Assembly (NCBI RefSeq): GCF_006345805.1 | Contig: NC_043019.1 | Span: 4,029,360-4,093,359 of the forward strand | DNA: 64,000 bases | Direction of reading: 5' to 3' | Source: Octopus sinensis | Lineage: Eukaryota | Part shown: positions 62,380-64,000 of the stretch, piece after piece | How the letters are laid out: each line of letters starts with the position of its first letter | Numbering within the stretch: position 1 is the stretch's first letter | Program-made: the position numbers and the translations under genes | Notes under the pieces: model-generated | The model's input: only the letters and a program-made list of their open reading frames with translations | Told to the model about the DNA's origin: nothing | Database searches by the model: none

Positions 62380-62711
62380 TACGTGAAATATCATTAAAAC
62401 CGAGTTTTCACAAACATGCTTCTTGCGAAACATTCCTATATTGCTTGTTTCTAATCTTTCCTGCACCATTTAGTGACCATGTGCTCATGTTGTCGTTGTC
62501 ACGAAAAACATTATTTATTACCGGTAGTTTCTCTGCCCGTGGGACTTTTTGTCACGCAATCCACAGGCAGATCAACCCAAATCCAACAGGCTCATTCATC
62601 ATTTTGTAGTTCATTTTTATCTGTTTATATATATATATTTTTTCTTTTCTCTGACTCATCACTGTACGATTTGTCGCTCTTTTGTTGTACAAAAGATCTG
62701 GCAGGGGGCTA

Positions 62712-63547
62712 TGTACAGTCACCGGAAGTAACTTGCACGGACACCGGAAATACATCTGCCATCACCAGAGAAAACAAAGCAACTACCCCCAGCGACTTGC
62801 CTGACCTTTCATTGGACAAAAGCTACCTACCTGCCATTCTATTGGACACTGGCAAAACATCACTGCTGATATTTTTGTATAAATAGACATGATAAATCGC
62901 TGTAAAGGTAGTTGGATTTTTAAAGGCGGCGAGCTGGCAGAAACGTTAGCGCGCCGGGCGAAATGCTTAGCGGTATTTCGTCTGCCGTTACGTTCTGAGT
63001 TCAAACTCCGCTGAGGTCGACTTTGCCTTTCATCCTTTCGGGGTCGATTAAATAAGTACCAGTTACGCACTGGGGTCGATGTAATCGACTTATTCAGTTT
63101 CTCTGTCCTTGTTTGTCCCCTCTGTGTTTAGCCCCTTGTGGGTAGTAAAGAAATAGGTAGTTGGATTTTTGGTACTCGACTGATGTAAATCGGTTCCGTC
63201 TCGCCTGCCACGCTCGCCACTCACGCCGCCTCGAACCTTTGTACTGCTATTTCACGCCTGAAATAAATCGCTGTATAAACTTACACCTCTTGTCTGCTCG
63301 TCATTTCAACTACTGCTTTCGTCTGTCCTGTTTTGCTGATTACGACCACAGTCCTTCTCAGGGCTAATTCAAGCCTGATCTGAATGCGATAACAGTCCTT
63401 TTTAGGACTACTCTCAGATCCGATCTAATTACGAGAACAGTCGTTTTTAGGACTATTCTTGGATCGGATCTAATTGCGATAACCGTCCTTTTAAGGGCTA
63501 CCCTCAGATCAGACCAGAAGTAGTGGCCAAGAATCATACCCGCTACA
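62712..63547 (+). repeat. Gypsy 3' LTR interrupted by a SINE
   Basis: tgtacagtcacc...cccgctaca; SINE at 62922-63155 with 15-bp TSD. Confidence 0.9.
62922..63155 (+). mobile_element. tRNA-derived SINE (family S3) inserted in the 3' LTR
   Basis: A-box-like tggcagaa, B-box-like gagttcaaactcc, tail gtagtaaagaaata; TSD ggtagttggattttt at 62907-62921 and 63156-63170; empty site in the 5' LTR. Confidence 0.88.
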
Positions 63548-64000
63548 TATATATAGATTTTGAAGGCACGTGACTTAAGGACAAAGAGTATTTGTCTCAC
63601 GGTCAGCCCGGGGCTATAGTAGAAGACACTTGCCCAAGGTGCCACGCAGTGGGACTGAACACGGAACCATGTGAATCCCGTGTAAAGATTAATATTTATA
63701 TCAGGATATAGAAATTTTAACTAATCTCGGAGACTGGCAGTTTCATGCTGTTTTTCTTCGTCAGTTTCACACCTAACGTAATTATCACCCGACCATCCTT
63801 CCATACAAACACCCCGTTCTGTTTCGTTCTGACCGACAGAAGAACCAAACACGTCTACATTCACTAAACAAATTATACGGATCTTTTCCTTTTGAACGGC
63901 AGTTGGTAACATAATTTCTAGGTAACTAAAAAGTTTTAAACTTCGGATGCTGGCAGAATGTGTTTATAAAACATCTTTTTCTCTTGGTTTTATTGAGAAA

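Larger units (their letters stand above)
57755..63547 (+). mobile_element. Ty3/Gypsy LTR retrotransposon, full-length but decayed
   Basis: 587-bp LTRs (57755-58341; 62712-63547 minus a 249-bp SINE plus TSD), 3' LTR TG...CA, inserted in a TA run (TATA on both flanks), PBS, polypurine tract ggcagggggcta before the 3' LTR, gag then PR-RT-RNaseH-IN order. Confidence 0.95.

Overview
This is eukaryotic, AT-rich, microsatellite- and SINE-dense genomic DNA, most likely from an octopus/coleoid cephalopod (inferred from my recollection of the SINE families; not verified). The backbone is a plus-strand tandem cluster of intron-containing genes encoding an NB-ARC/STAND-type P-loop NTPase followed by TPR-like repeats, i.e. 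an NLR-like architecture with no N-terminal effector domain. Copy A contributes only its last two exons (1198-5948). Copy B is a complete 10-exon model (15389-37701; 2577 nt CDS, 858 aa) with all GT-AG phases consistent. Copy C is headless and TPR-only (exons 4-10, 47027-57543) with open frames. Two ~10-12 kb segmental duplications explain this layout: B is C-like up to ~34.3 kb and A-like afterwards, and the new junction at 43969 falls inside a long palindrome. Introns and spacers carry Penelope-derived inverted repeats with minimal hammerhead-ribozyme motifs, a GIY-YIG remnant, mariner/Tc1 remnants, non-LTR remnants, an LTR remnant nested in a satellite, and several SINE families. A full-length but decayed Ty3/Gypsy element occupies 57755-63547. 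Most ORFs in the supplied track are microsatellite or repeat artefacts.
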